A program made the translations under genes and the position numbers. A stretch of DNA of 51,257 nt from Patescibacteria group bacterium (GTDB lineage: Bacteria; Patescibacteriota; Patescibacteriia; Patescibacteriales; UBA12465): positions 1-51,257 of the forward strand of contig JBBQHF010000006.1 in NCBI GenBank assembly GCA_038323715.1. The letters are read 5' to 3'. Of the stretch, positions 1 through 9,804 are shown piece after piece (within the stretch, counting starts at the first letter, position 1; the number at the start of each line of letters is the position of its first letter). The notes beneath the pieces are model-generated. The model saw nothing but the letters and a program-made list of their open reading frames with translations, searched no databases and had not been told where the DNA came from.

Positions 1-1250
<1,250 letters not shown>

Positions 1251-1394
1251 AGGGAGATATTTCTTCTTTTCCACGTGGAAAGAAGAGATGGTCGCCTCTA
1301 ACTTTAGTGTTAGAGTGGTTATCATCTACTTCGGTAGGTAGTAACAAAGCCGAATTGGTGCCAATTAGACTCACAATTCATTACATGATTATAG

Positions 1395-1419
1395 AAAAAC
1401 CGTTTTAGACGGTTTTTTT
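1395..1419 (+). terminator. intrinsic terminator after the 16S gene
   Basis: AAAACCGT-TTAG-ACGGTTTT hairpin followed by a T-run. Three 16S 3'-flank hairpins lie between 1262 and 1345, one with a UUCG loop. Confidence 0.6.
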
Positions 1420-1428
1420 GTTGTCATA

Positions 1429-1457
1429 TTGACAAATGTTATATAATGTTATATAAA
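1429..1457 (+). promoter_or_regulatory. sigma70-like promoter for the 142-aa ORF
   Basis: TTGACA (1429-1434), 17-nt spacer, TATAAA (1452-1457). Confidence 0.45.
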
Positions 1458-1501
1458 TAAGAATCGTACTTTGAAATATTAACACTAAAAATAACGACAA
1501 A

Positions 1502-1930
1502 ATGAAAGGACAACTACCACCGACCGGAAAAATGATTTTAGAAAGCGAGGAATCTCAATGGCGAATGTTAGTTCGTGGCTTAATCAACGAACTTATAACA
1601 TCGGCAATAATCGAAAGGCCAGGAGAAACAAAAGTAAGAATCCGTTTAATTATAACGGAAATTATGGCCCCAGAAAACAAACTAGAGAAAACTCGCTGCG
1701 TCACATTATCTAATTTACAGCAAGAAATGGCTAACGGTTTATCTCGTATTTCCGAATACGTGGTTAACTTAACAGAAAGTAATAAATGGATTTTTATCGG
1801 CCGAATAGAAGGCGAAGAAAAAAAACCAATTATTATTGCTTACTATCCAGTATTACAAATGACAGTGTACTCCCAAAAATTAGCCGGAGAAAGCGTGAAC
1901 AATTTTTCACCATTTACAAGTTTAAATTAG
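1502..1930 (+). CDS. hypothetical protein (142 aa), no family recognised
   Basis: ORF with its own promoter-like motif upstream and a terminator hairpin downstream. I recognise no conserved motif. Confidence 0.55.
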   Translation: MKGQLPPTGKMILESEESQWRMLVRGLINELITSAIIERPGETKVRIRLIITEIMAPENKLEKTRCVTLSNLQQEMANGLSRISEYVVNLTESNKWIFIGRIEGEEKKPIIIAYYPVLQMTVYSQKLAGESVNNFSPFTSLN

Positions 1931-1953
1931 TTAACAATTGCGTTAACTAAAAT

Positions 1954-1983
1954 AGAGCGACCACCAAGGCCGCTCTTTTTTTT
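1954..1983. terminator. bidirectional terminator-like hairpin between convergent genes
   Basis: AGAGCG-(11 nt)-CGCTCT followed by a T-run on + and preceded by an A-rich tract. Confidence 0.5.
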
Positions 1984-2009
1984 AGTAAAAATATTTTAGT
2001 CTTCAAAAA

Positions 2010-3389
2010 TTAACCTCTTTTTTTAATTATTTCAACCAACCCGGTTGTGGCATCAATTCTAACAACATCCCCACTCTTTAAAAAAGCAGTGGCATTCTTT
2101 ATCCCAATAATACAAGGCTTTTTCAGCTCTCGGGCCACAATCGCGGCGTGGCAAGAAATACCACCCTCTTCAGTTATAAACGCCCCAGCTCTACTCATTA
2201 ATGGCAGAAATTCCGGCCGCGTCATTGAGGTTAGTAAGATGTCACCCTTTCTAAAATTTTTAGCTTCACGGCGCGCATCTAAAATAACTTTTATTTTTCC
2301 TTGATAAATCCCGGGGCTAGCGGGGATGCCAGATAAAATATTTTTTTCTTCTGTCTGATTTAATTTAGCAATTTGTTGCCATAATTTATCACCCACATCG
2401 TTGTATCCCGGAGTAAACATAAGACCTAAACGTCTATGATTCTTTTCGTATTTTTTAGCTCTAGTAAGATACTCCCGTCTATTATCCAAAATTAATTCCT
2501 TAACTTCATCAATCGTTAACCATCTCAAATCCTTGTACTTAAGCTTGCTTTCTAAGCACACTGCTTTTAACCAAGTGTCTAATAAATCGACTGCCAAAAG
2601 TAATAATTTCTTTTTATCATCTCTAAATGTGGCCGACTGTTTAGCCAATTTTATCAAATGACTATAATCTTTGGATGGTTTAATTTTAATCAACTTACTG
2701 GATTGGTTGTGCTTAGCTGACTTCAATTCCTGTAAATAGTTTCTTAACCATTTTTCAGTAATTATATATGGACCTCTATAAGTATTTTGCAGCCAAGAAA
2801 AATTTTGCTTAAACTTATCTAGAACTACTTCAAAATCTTTATGTTTTTTATCAAGCTCTAATAAATAAAAACCAGCCTCACTCATAAAAGAATGCTGGTT
2901 ATTTGTTATTTTACTAGTAATAAATTGAAAGTCTTGCGGCTGTTTAATGCTTAATTCTAATAGGAATTTATCAAACGGATAATCAAAAGAAAAAAGAAGA
3001 TTGGCAACACGGGACAACGCAACTTGAGTATCAGTCCACCATCTTTCTAAGGCAATATTTTTAGATTTTCGTGCCTTTTCACATTTCTTAATCGCTAATT
3101 TTAATTCCTGATGCAACTTACTTAATTCTGTTAAATAATCATCATTTCCAATTAGCGCCTCTTTAATAATTCCACGACCAACTTTTGATATCTTCCCGCT
3201 CTGTTTAAAAGCGATTAAATTGCCGTTATCAAAATTATTCAAAAAATCACCCCAATAAACATTGTACTTACTAGTTGGCTTAATTGTAGAAGCTAAAACA
3301 TAAACAGAGGTAAAAAAGGGATAAGCTTGGTATTGCCATTTATAGGCCTGAGACCAATTTTCCTTAATGTTGTGCTCTGGTTTTTTCAT
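2010..3389 (-). CDS. PEP-utilising-enzyme mobile (swivel His) domain protein with an unassigned ~340-aa N-terminal region
   Basis: The C-terminus (GIPASPG...TSMTRPEF...FITEEGGISCHAAIVARELKKPCI) matches the phosphohistidine swivel domain of the PEP synthase / PPDK / rifampin phosphotransferase family. Confidence 0.75.
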   Translation of the reverse strand: MKKPEHNIKENWSQAYKWQYQAYPFFTSVYVLASTIKPTSKYNVYWGDFLNNFDNGNLIAFKQSGKISKVGRGIIKEALIGNDDYLTELSKLHQELKLAIKKCEKARKSKNIALERWWTDTQVALSRVANLLFSFDYPFDKFLLELSIKQPQDFQFITSKITNNQHSFMSEAGFYLLELDKKHKDFEVVLDKFKQNFSWLQNTYRGPYIITEKWLRNYLQELKSAKHNQSSKLIKIKPSKDYSHLIKLAKQSATFRDDKKKLLLLAVDLLDTWLKAVCLESKLKYKDLRWLTIDEVKELILDNRREYLTRAKKYEKNHRRLGLMFTPGYNDVGDKLWQQIAKLNQTEEKNILSGIPASPGIYQGKIKVILDARREAKNFRKGDILLTSMTRPEFLPLMSRAGAFITEEGGISCHAAIVARELKKPCIIGIKNATAFLKSGDVVRIDATTGLVEIIKKRG

Positions 3390-3392
3390 ATA

Positions 3393-4406
3393 TTAAGAAA
3401 TCCCAATCGCCTTCTTAATTTCGGCCAACTTTTTACTAGCAATGACCTCGGCCCTTTTCTGACCATTAGTTAATATTTTTTGAACCGCTTTATCAGAAAT
3501 CTTATTATATTTTTTTTGAAAATCAGTTAAAAACTTAACCACCACATCCGCTAAGTCTTTTTTAAATTCACCATAGCCCTTGCCCCGATAATCTTTCACT
3601 AAACGATGAATTTCACGAGTTCCTAATTGAGCATAGATAGTTAAAAGATTAGAGAGCGCTGGTTTTTCTTCTGGGTCGTATTCAATTTCTGTCCCCGAAT
3701 CAGTTACCGCGCGCATTATTTTTTTTCTTGCTACTTCTATATCATCCAGCAAGGCAATGCTGTTATTTTGATTAACATCACTTTTACTCATCTTCTTGGT
3801 GGCATCAAGTAAAGACATAACCCGTGCTCCTTCTTGTTTAATCACTGCTTGAGGGACAATAAAAACTTCTCCAAATTCATTATTAAAACGTTTAGCAATA
3901 TCGCGGGCTAATTCCACATGTTGTTTTTGGTCTTCACCCACGGGCACAATTTCCGTATCATACAACAAAATATCAGCCGCCATTAAAACGGGGTAATCAT
4001 ATAGCCCAACTGAAACCGATTCTTGATTCTTGCCGGCCTTATCTTTAAATTGAGTCATCTTATTTAAATCAGCAATATGCGCACCATAACAATTTAAAAT
4101 CCAGGCTAATTCGGTATGAGCCGAAACGGCCGATTGTTGAAAAATAATGGCTTCTTTGGGATTTACACCAGCTGCTAAATAAATTTTTGTAATTTCAATA
4201 ATACGACGGCGAAGTTCTTCGGGGTTCTGTTTAATAGTAATCGCATGATAATCAACGACTGAAAATATACAATTATATTTATCCTGCATTTTTACCCACT
4301 GAGAAATCGCCCCAATATAATTACCGATATTTAAGTTACCGCTCGGTTGAATACCGGAAAAAATTGTCTTTTTAGCCGCCTCCTTAATTTCTTTTTTAAT
4401 TTCCAT
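3393..4406 (-). CDS. trpS: tryptophan--tRNA ligase
   Basis: Class I aaRS of TrpRS length (337 aa). The N-terminus FSGIQPSGNLNIGNYIGA occupies the HIGH-region position, and KMSKS is present. Confidence 0.95.
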   Translation of the reverse strand: MEIKKEIKEAAKKTIFSGIQPSGNLNIGNYIGAISQWVKMQDKYNCIFSVVDYHAITIKQNPEELRRRIIEITKIYLAAGVNPKEAIIFQQSAVSAHTELAWILNCYGAHIADLNKMTQFKDKAGKNQESVSVGLYDYPVLMAADILLYDTEIVPVGEDQKQHVELARDIAKRFNNEFGEVFIVPQAVIKQEGARVMSLLDATKKMSKSDVNQNNSIALLDDIEVARKKIMRAVTDSGTEIEYDPEEKPALSNLLTIYAQLGTREIHRLVKDYRGKGYGEFKKDLADVVVKFLTDFQKKYNKISDKAVQKILTNGQKRAEVIASKKLAEIKKAIGIS

Positions 4407-4455
4407 ATATTTATTATTATATTTTTATATTACTGTAAAAATTGAGCAAAAGCAA

Positions 4456-4482
4456 TAAAAAACCCCGATTCACGAACCGGGG
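4456..4482 (-). terminator. orphan terminator-like hairpin ~50 nt upstream of the trpS start
   Basis: On the minus strand, CCCCG-GTTCGTGAAT-CGGGG is followed by TTTTTT. No annotated minus-strand gene lies upstream of it. Confidence 0.5.
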
Positions 4483-4794
4483 TAGGCAATCCATTTAATC
4501 ATTAACTGATTATGGATTTGGGAAGAAAGGACAAAAAAGTAAGAAAGCGCAACTAGCCTAACTGGGATTGAACCAATAAACAGCCATTTCCTCTGTTATT
4601 TACTAGCTAAAGTAACTAGGTTTCGCAAAGACCAGCTCGTAACAATGGATCTCTGTAACTATATTACACGTTTCTTACTTAACTCTCGTGCGAGAAGTAA
4701 ATAAATTCGAGAGCAATTACCTACATCATAACACGCTTACTGGTTTTGCCAAACTTGTTCTATTTAAGCATAAAATAACCAACAAAAAATTTGC

Positions 4795-4822
4795 TTGAAA
4801 TATTCACCCTTTATGATAATAT
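4795..4822 (+). promoter_or_regulatory. promoter-like motif for the tRNA-Pro/tRNA-Ala pair
   Basis: TTGAAA (4795-4800), 16-nt spacer, TAATAT (4817-4822), about 38 nt upstream of tRNA-Pro. Confidence 0.4.
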
Positions 4823-4859
4823 AAGAGCAGGTTTGAACATAGGCCTTTTTTTGTTATTA

Positions 4860-4930
4860 CGGGCTGTAGTATAATGGTAGTACGCGTGCATGGGGTGCAT
4901 GTAGCCCCGGTCCGATTCCGGGCAGCCCGA
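4860..4930 (+). tRNA. tRNA-Pro (anticodon GGG)
   Basis: Hand-folded cloverleaf. Acceptor CGGGCTG/CAGCCCG, D stem GTAT/GTAC, anticodon stem CGTGC/GCATG, loop AT-GGG-GT with G37. The T arm is CCCGG-TCCGATT-CCGGG, so the T-loop reads TCC rather than TTC. No CCA is encoded. Confidence 0.85.
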
Positions 4931-4952
4931 CCTTTATTCTATGCTAACTTTA

Positions 4953-5025
4953 GGGCTTGTAGCTCATCTGGTAGAGCGCTGCATTCGCATTGCAGAGGTA
5001 AGGGGTTCGAGTCCCCTCAAGTCCA
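4953..5025 (+). tRNA. tRNA-Ala (anticodon CGC)
   Basis: Acceptor GGGCTTG/CAAGTCC carries the G3:U70 Ala identity pair. Anticodon loop TT-CGC-AT, T arm AGGGG-TTCGAGT-CCCCT. Confidence 0.9.
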
Positions 5026-5082
5026 CATAATCCCAAGAACTATCGGGCACCCAGGTAGCCCGAACAAAAAATTTTATTAATT

Positions 5083-6549
5083 ATGATAGATTTTAAGAAA
5101 AAAATGGAAGAGACAGAAAAACAAGAGGCTCAAGAAAATGGCCCAGAAGAAATATTAGATATAGTTAAGAGTAAGAAAAAAAAGAAATTAACAACATACA
5201 TAATCGCAATTGTAGTTATTGGTTTAATTTTTTCCGGTCAAGTAATTATGTCTAGTCAAAGCACCTCCAACTGGTTTAATGAACAAGGCTTTTTTGGTAA
5301 ACTCAAGCATCTAGTTCCTAGTGTTGATAAACAATTAAAGGGTGAGGAAAATGACAGAATTAATATTTTACTTTTAGGCATGGGGGGGGAAGGACATGAC
5401 GGTGGATATTTAGCCGATACTATCATGTTGGTTAGTTTAAAACCTTCAACTAAAGAAGTTTCTTTAATTTCTATCCCGCGCGACATGCAAGTTCCGTTAG
5501 CAGAAGCTGGCTGGAGAAAGATTAATAATATTAATGCTTTTGCAGAAGCGAAAGAACCAGGTAGTGGTGGACCGACAACAATAACCTCTTTGAGTAAACT
5601 ATTTGATATAAATATTGATTATTATATACGGGCTGATTTTGTTGGTTTTAAAAATGTAATTGATGAAATCGGCGGCATCGAAGTAGATGTCGAAAATACC
5701 TTAGATGATTATGCTTATCCAATTTTAGGTCAAGAAGATAATCCTAATTATTACGCTCGTTATGAACATCTTCATATTGAAAAAGGTTTACAAAAAATGA
5801 ACGGATCAACTGCTCTTAAATATGCACGTAGCCGACACGGGGTAAATGGAGAGGGCTCTGATTTTGCTAGAGCTAAGAGACAGCAATTAATTTTAGCGGC
5901 CGTTAAAGACAAATTAATTTCCAAGCAAATATTATTAAATCCAGTTACTGTAGGAAAATTAATTAACCAATTCAGCCTTCACGTTTCCACTAATTTTGAT
6001 ATCTGGGAAATGTTAAAACTTTGGGATATGTTTAAGGGCTTAGATAAAAATCAAATTATCAGTAAAGTATTAAGTGATGCTCCTGATGGATTATTAACCT
6101 CCACAATTAGCAGCGAAGGTGCCTATATTCTTGTTCCGGTAACTGGTAATTTTTCTCAAATTAAAAATTTAATCAGAGACATCTTTAATAACGGACAAGC
6201 AACTCCATTAGAAAAAGTAGAAGAAATCCCCGCCATTACCAAAAAGGCAAGTGTCACTGTCAAAAACGGCACCTGGGTTAGTGGTTTAGCGGGTGAAACC
6301 TCAAACAAACTTGGACAATTAGGGTTTTCTATATATGAAACTAGTAATGCCCCGGTGAGAGATTACACCGATACAATATTTTTTGATCTTACTTATGGTC
6401 AAAAAAATGAAGCTTTAGACACAATCAAGAAGGCCACTGGCGCCACCCAAAGTTTTGAATTGCCCGACTGGGTAAAAGAATATAAAAACCAAACTAGCAC
6501 TGCTGACTTCCTTATAATTTTAGGAACTGATTCTAATAACGCTAACTAA
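5083..6549 (+). CDS. LytR-CpsA-Psr (LCP) family cell-envelope glycopolymer transferase with a C-terminal LytR_C-like domain
   Basis: N-terminal TM segment, then INILLLGMGGEGHDGGYLADTIMLVSLKP...ISIPRD, which is typical of the LCP domain. Confidence 0.85.
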   Translation: MIDFKKKMEETEKQEAQENGPEEILDIVKSKKKKKLTTYIIAIVVIGLIFSGQVIMSSQSTSNWFNEQGFFGKLKHLVPSVDKQLKGEENDRINILLLGMGGEGHDGGYLADTIMLVSLKPSTKEVSLISIPRDMQVPLAEAGWRKINNINAFAEAKEPGSGGPTTITSLSKLFDINIDYYIRADFVGFKNVIDEIGGIEVDVENTLDDYAYPILGQEDNPNYYARYEHLHIEKGLQKMNGSTALKYARSRHGVNGEGSDFARAKRQQLILAAVKDKLISKQILLNPVTVGKLINQFSLHVSTNFDIWEMLKLWDMFKGLDKNQIISKVLSDAPDGLLTSTISSEGAYILVPVTGNFSQIKNLIRDIFNNGQATPLEKVEEIPAITKKASVTVKNGTWVSGLAGETSNKLGQLGFSIYETSNAPVRDYTDTIFFDLTYGQKNEALDTIKKATGATQSFELPDWVKEYKNQTSTADFLIILGTDSNNAN

Positions 6550-6550
6550 T

Positions 6551-7969
6551 ATGGAAGAAAAACAAAAGGAGCTGCCGCTCGTAGTTATCTGTGGGCGCAC
6601 TAATGTAGGTAAATCAACTTTATTCAATTGTTTAACCGAAAAAAATCAGGCGCTCGTGTCTGACGTTGCGGGGACAACAAGAGACAGCAACCTTGGACTA
6701 GTAGAGTGGTCCAATAGCGCTTTTGAATTAGTTGATACGGCTGGTCTTTTAGATTGGAAATATTTAACTTCCAAAAAAATAGATGGGGAAAGCATAGATG
6801 ATAAAACTCAAAAGCAAGCTAAAAGATATCTGGACAAGGCTAATTTAATTTTGTTTGTAGTTGATGCGAAAGTTGGCCTATTACCAGAAGACAGGGAGTT
6901 GGCTAAGGCGATAAATCAACTCGGTAAATATAAAAGCAAAATATTACTCATTGCCAACAAGGTAGATAATTTTAAAAACGCTTCCGAGGCTGCTCAATTT
7001 AATAAACTGGGGCTAGGAGAGCCAACAACTGTTTCGGCGGCAAGTGGTATGGGGACTGGAGATTTACTAGATGTAATTATTGACTTGATAGACAAGAAGC
7101 GAGAATTTAAAAAACCGGTTGATGATAACCCGGAAGACCAAATTAATGTTTGTATTATTGGCAAGCCTAACGTTGGCAAATCATCTCTTTTGAATGCAAT
7201 TTTAGGATATGAAAGAGTAATCGTTAGCCCGATTGCTCATACCACTCGAGAGCCTCAACACACCGAGATTGTCTATCAAGAACAAACTATAAAATTAGTT
7301 GATACGGCTGGAATTTCTAAACAAGGAACAAAAACTAAAGGCTTAGAAAAACCCGGAATTTTGAAGTCACTTAAATCTCTTGATAAAGCAGAAATCGCTT
7401 TGTTAGTTTTTGATATGAGCGAACCATTAACCCATCAAGATGCTAAAATTATTCAAGAAATAGTAGATAGACAAAAAAGTCTTATTTTTATTGCCAACAA
7501 ATGGGACCAAGTTGAAGAACGAAATACTAAAAAATGGACCGAGATTATATATGACAAAATGCCATTCGCTACCTGGGTCCCTATTCAATTTATTTCAGCT
7601 AAAACTGGGGAAAAAGTAAATAAAATTTTAGATTTGATTTTACAAATAAACGAACAAAGAAGATTAACATTAAGTGAATCTCAATCTGATAAGTTTCTAA
7701 AACATGTAGTTAAAATTCATAAACCGGCTAAGGGGAAAGGTACGAAAGCTCCAAGAATTTATGAATTTAAACAAATAAAAAGCAACCCACCTTGTTTCAT
7801 TTTAAGGATTGGTCCTAATGACGACTTACATTTTTCTTATGTTAGATTTGTAGAAAATCGTTTACGAGAAAAGTATGGTTTAACCGGGACGCCAGTTAGT
7901 ATAACCGTGACGAAACACCGCAAATCACATACCACTTATCAAGAACCAAAAAGAACAGAAGATGATTAA
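6551..7969 (+). CDS. der: ribosome-associated GTPase Der/EngA
   Basis: Two tandem GTPase domains (GRTNVGKSTLFN...DTAG and GKPNVGKSSLLN...DTAG) plus a KH-like C-terminus. Confidence 0.95.
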   Translation: MEEKQKELPLVVICGRTNVGKSTLFNCLTEKNQALVSDVAGTTRDSNLGLVEWSNSAFELVDTAGLLDWKYLTSKKIDGESIDDKTQKQAKRYLDKANLILFVVDAKVGLLPEDRELAKAINQLGKYKSKILLIANKVDNFKNASEAAQFNKLGLGEPTTVSAASGMGTGDLLDVIIDLIDKKREFKKPVDDNPEDQINVCIIGKPNVGKSSLLNAILGYERVIVSPIAHTTREPQHTEIVYQEQTIKLVDTAGISKQGTKTKGLEKPGILKSLKSLDKAEIALLVFDMSEPLTHQDAKIIQEIVDRQKSLIFIANKWDQVEERNTKKWTEIIYDKMPFATWVPIQFISAKTGEKVNKILDLILQINEQRRLTLSESQSDKFLKHVVKIHKPAKGKGTKAPRIYEFKQIKSNPPCFILRIGPNDDLHFSYVRFVENRLREKYGLTGTPVSITVTKHRKSHTTYQEPKRTEDD

Positions 7970-7984
7970 AAAAATATTAATTAT

Positions 7985-8530
7985 ATGAAAATCGTCGTCG
8001 GGCTGGGTAACCCTGGAGATAAATACAAAAATACTCGTCATAACGCGGGCTGGCTTTTTCTTGATAATATAATTGGAGACGTGACTTGGCAAACTAGTAA
8101 AAAGTTTAATGCTCTAATATTTGAAAAAGATGATATTGTTTTTGTAAAACCCTTAACCTTCATGAATAATTCAGGCCAAAGTGTTCGAAAAATCATGGAT
8201 TATTATGGCTTAATCCCCAAAAAATTAGGACTATTTAATAAAAAGGATGAGGATTTAAACGAATCATTAACTGTTATTCAGGATGACATAGATATAGACT
8301 TAGGGGTGGACAAAATTGCTACTAATTCTAGTAGTGCTGGGCATCGCGGGATTGATTCCATTATTACTCACTTAAAAACTAAAAAATTTAAAAGAGTTAG
8401 ATTAGGAATTAAGAATGAGTTACTAAGAAAAGTTATCCCGACAGAAAAATTTGTTTTACAATCATTTGATAAAGCTGAACTAGAAACATTAAAGAAAATC
8501 AGCGCTCGCTACCGAATCTCCGATTTATAA
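7985..8530 (+). CDS. pth: peptidyl-tRNA hydrolase
   Basis: The N-terminus KIVVGLGNPGDKYKNTRHNAGW is the Pth signature. Confidence 0.93.
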   Translation: MKIVVGLGNPGDKYKNTRHNAGWLFLDNIIGDVTWQTSKKFNALIFEKDDIVFVKPLTFMNNSGQSVRKIMDYYGLIPKKLGLFNKKDEDLNESLTVIQDDIDIDLGVDKIATNSSSAGHRGIDSIITHLKTKKFKRVRLGIKNELLRKVIPTEKFVLQSFDKAELETLKKISARYRISDL

Positions 8531-8577
8531 TACAGTGTAGTTACCAGGGCTATAAACACATAGTAACAATTTACAAT

Positions 8578-8607
8578 CCCGCTAATAATTTAGCGGGGTT
8601 TTATTTT
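8578..8607 (+). terminator. intrinsic terminator after pth
   Basis: CCCGCTAA-TAAT-TTAGCGGG hairpin followed by GTTTTATTTT. Confidence 0.7.
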
Positions 8608-8647
8608 GTCTTTTTTATAATGTAAAAAACAACAAAACTATAATTTC

Positions 8648-9781
8648 ATGAAAAACGATGATCGCGCTGTAAATATTTTAAAATTAACAGCCTTCGCGCC
8701 ATTTGGACCAAAAAGAATAACCCTAATAGAAAAAAGGTTTTCTAATTTAGAAGATGTCTTTACGGCTAATAAAAAATTATTATTGAAAACTGGCATTTCT
8801 GAAAAAATAATGGATGACTTTATTGCCTGGAGAAAAACTTTTAACATTGCTAGTGTTTTACAATTACTAGAAAAAGAAAAAATTTCTTTTATTGACTGGC
8901 ATAGCCCGCTATACTCGAAACTATTGCTAGAAATATATGATCCACCACCAATTCTATTTTACCAAGGCAATATAGATATATTAAATCATGGCGAACATTA
9001 CCTCGCGGTAGTAGGCACCAGAAATAATACCGCTTACGGAGCTAAAGTAATCAGCGAACTAATCCCCCAACTTAAAAAACATAATTTTGTTATCATTAGC
9101 GGTCTCGCTATCGGCATTGATACCCTGGCTCATCAAGCGATATTAAATGCAGCAGGCTTAACTGTCGCCGTATTAGGTTCAGGTTTATGCGACCATCGAA
9201 TATACCCTAAAAATAATCGCACTCTTATAAAAGATATTATAAAAAATAATGGGCTAATTATTTCGGAATTTTTCCCCGATGTTAACGCGCAAAAACATAA
9301 CTTCCCCAGGCGTAATAGAATAATTTCCGGATTATCTGAGGCGGTTTTAGTAGTCGAAGCGCAAGAGAAATCTGGGTCCCTAATAACGTCGCGCTGTGCC
9401 CTAGAACAAAATAGAGATGTTTTAACAATACCGGGCAATATCTTTGCGGCTAATTCAAAAGGAACGAATTTACTAATTAAATCCGGGGCCAAGGTTATTA
9501 CTGATACCGAAGATATTATAGAAAATTTCAAAATAGAAATTAATTTAACTGAATCTGTAAGTAAAGAAGTAAGAAAAAACCTGTCTCAAACAAATAACCC
9601 AACCGAAGAGACTATTTACCAACTTATTCGCCAAGCCGATATGCGCTGCGAAACAATAACTAGCAATGAAATAGCAAAAAAAACAGAACTTGACACCTCC
9701 GAGATAAATAGTACACTAAGTATATTAGAGATAAATGGAGCAATTAAGAATACTGATGGATATTTAACGCCAATCCTCTAA
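8648..9781 (+). CDS. dprA: DNA-processing protein DprA/Smf
   Basis: Rossmann-like DprA core (VVGTRNNTAYG...ISGLAIGIDTLAHQ...FPRRNRIISGLS...VVEAQEKSGSLIT) with a C-terminal winged-helix-like tail. Confidence 0.92.
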   Translation: MKNDDRAVNILKLTAFAPFGPKRITLIEKRFSNLEDVFTANKKLLLKTGISEKIMDDFIAWRKTFNIASVLQLLEKEKISFIDWHSPLYSKLLLEIYDPPPILFYQGNIDILNHGEHYLAVVGTRNNTAYGAKVISELIPQLKKHNFVIISGLAIGIDTLAHQAILNAAGLTVAVLGSGLCDHRIYPKNNRTLIKDIIKNNGLIISEFFPDVNAQKHNFPRRNRIISGLSEAVLVVEAQEKSGSLITSRCALEQNRDVLTIPGNIFAANSKGTNLLIKSGAKVITDTEDIIENFKIEINLTESVSKEVRKNLSQTNNPTEETIYQLIRQADMRCETITSNEIAKKTELDTSEINSTLSILEINGAIKNTDGYLTPIL

Positions 9782-9804
9782 TCTTAAATAAAATTCTTGA
9801 AATT

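Noticed and set aside
4407-4859. T-box riboswitch, tmRNA or RNase P RNA in the trpS upstream gap
   Set aside because: For T-box, I find no GGUGG-type T-box sequence, no antiterminator partner for the terminator 5' arm, and no specifier-loop context for UGG. For tmRNA, short resemblances exist (UUUGCGAAACC, and a UUUAGCUAGUAA tag-like stretch), but there is no GGGG 5' end, no acceptor/CCA-proximal 3' strand, and no Ala-Ala tag ending. For RNase P, there is no GAGGAAAGUCC / ACAGAA P4 pair. These calls were made by eye only; a covariance-model search should decide.
4874-5080. 68-aa ORF on the + strand
   Set aside because: It overlaps tRNA-Pro and tRNA-Ala. The Arg/Gly/Pro-rich translation is typical of reading through GC-rich tRNA sequence.
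9133-9531. Antisense ORFs inside long genes (for example 9133-9531, 15585-15911, 12797-13033, 14486-14725, 43726-44010, 44722-45039, 42748-43026, 43339-43575)
   Set aside because: Each lies wholly within a confidently identified gene on the opposite strand. The translations are Ser/Leu/Ile/Phe-rich, as expected for antisense reading of AT-rich coding DNA.
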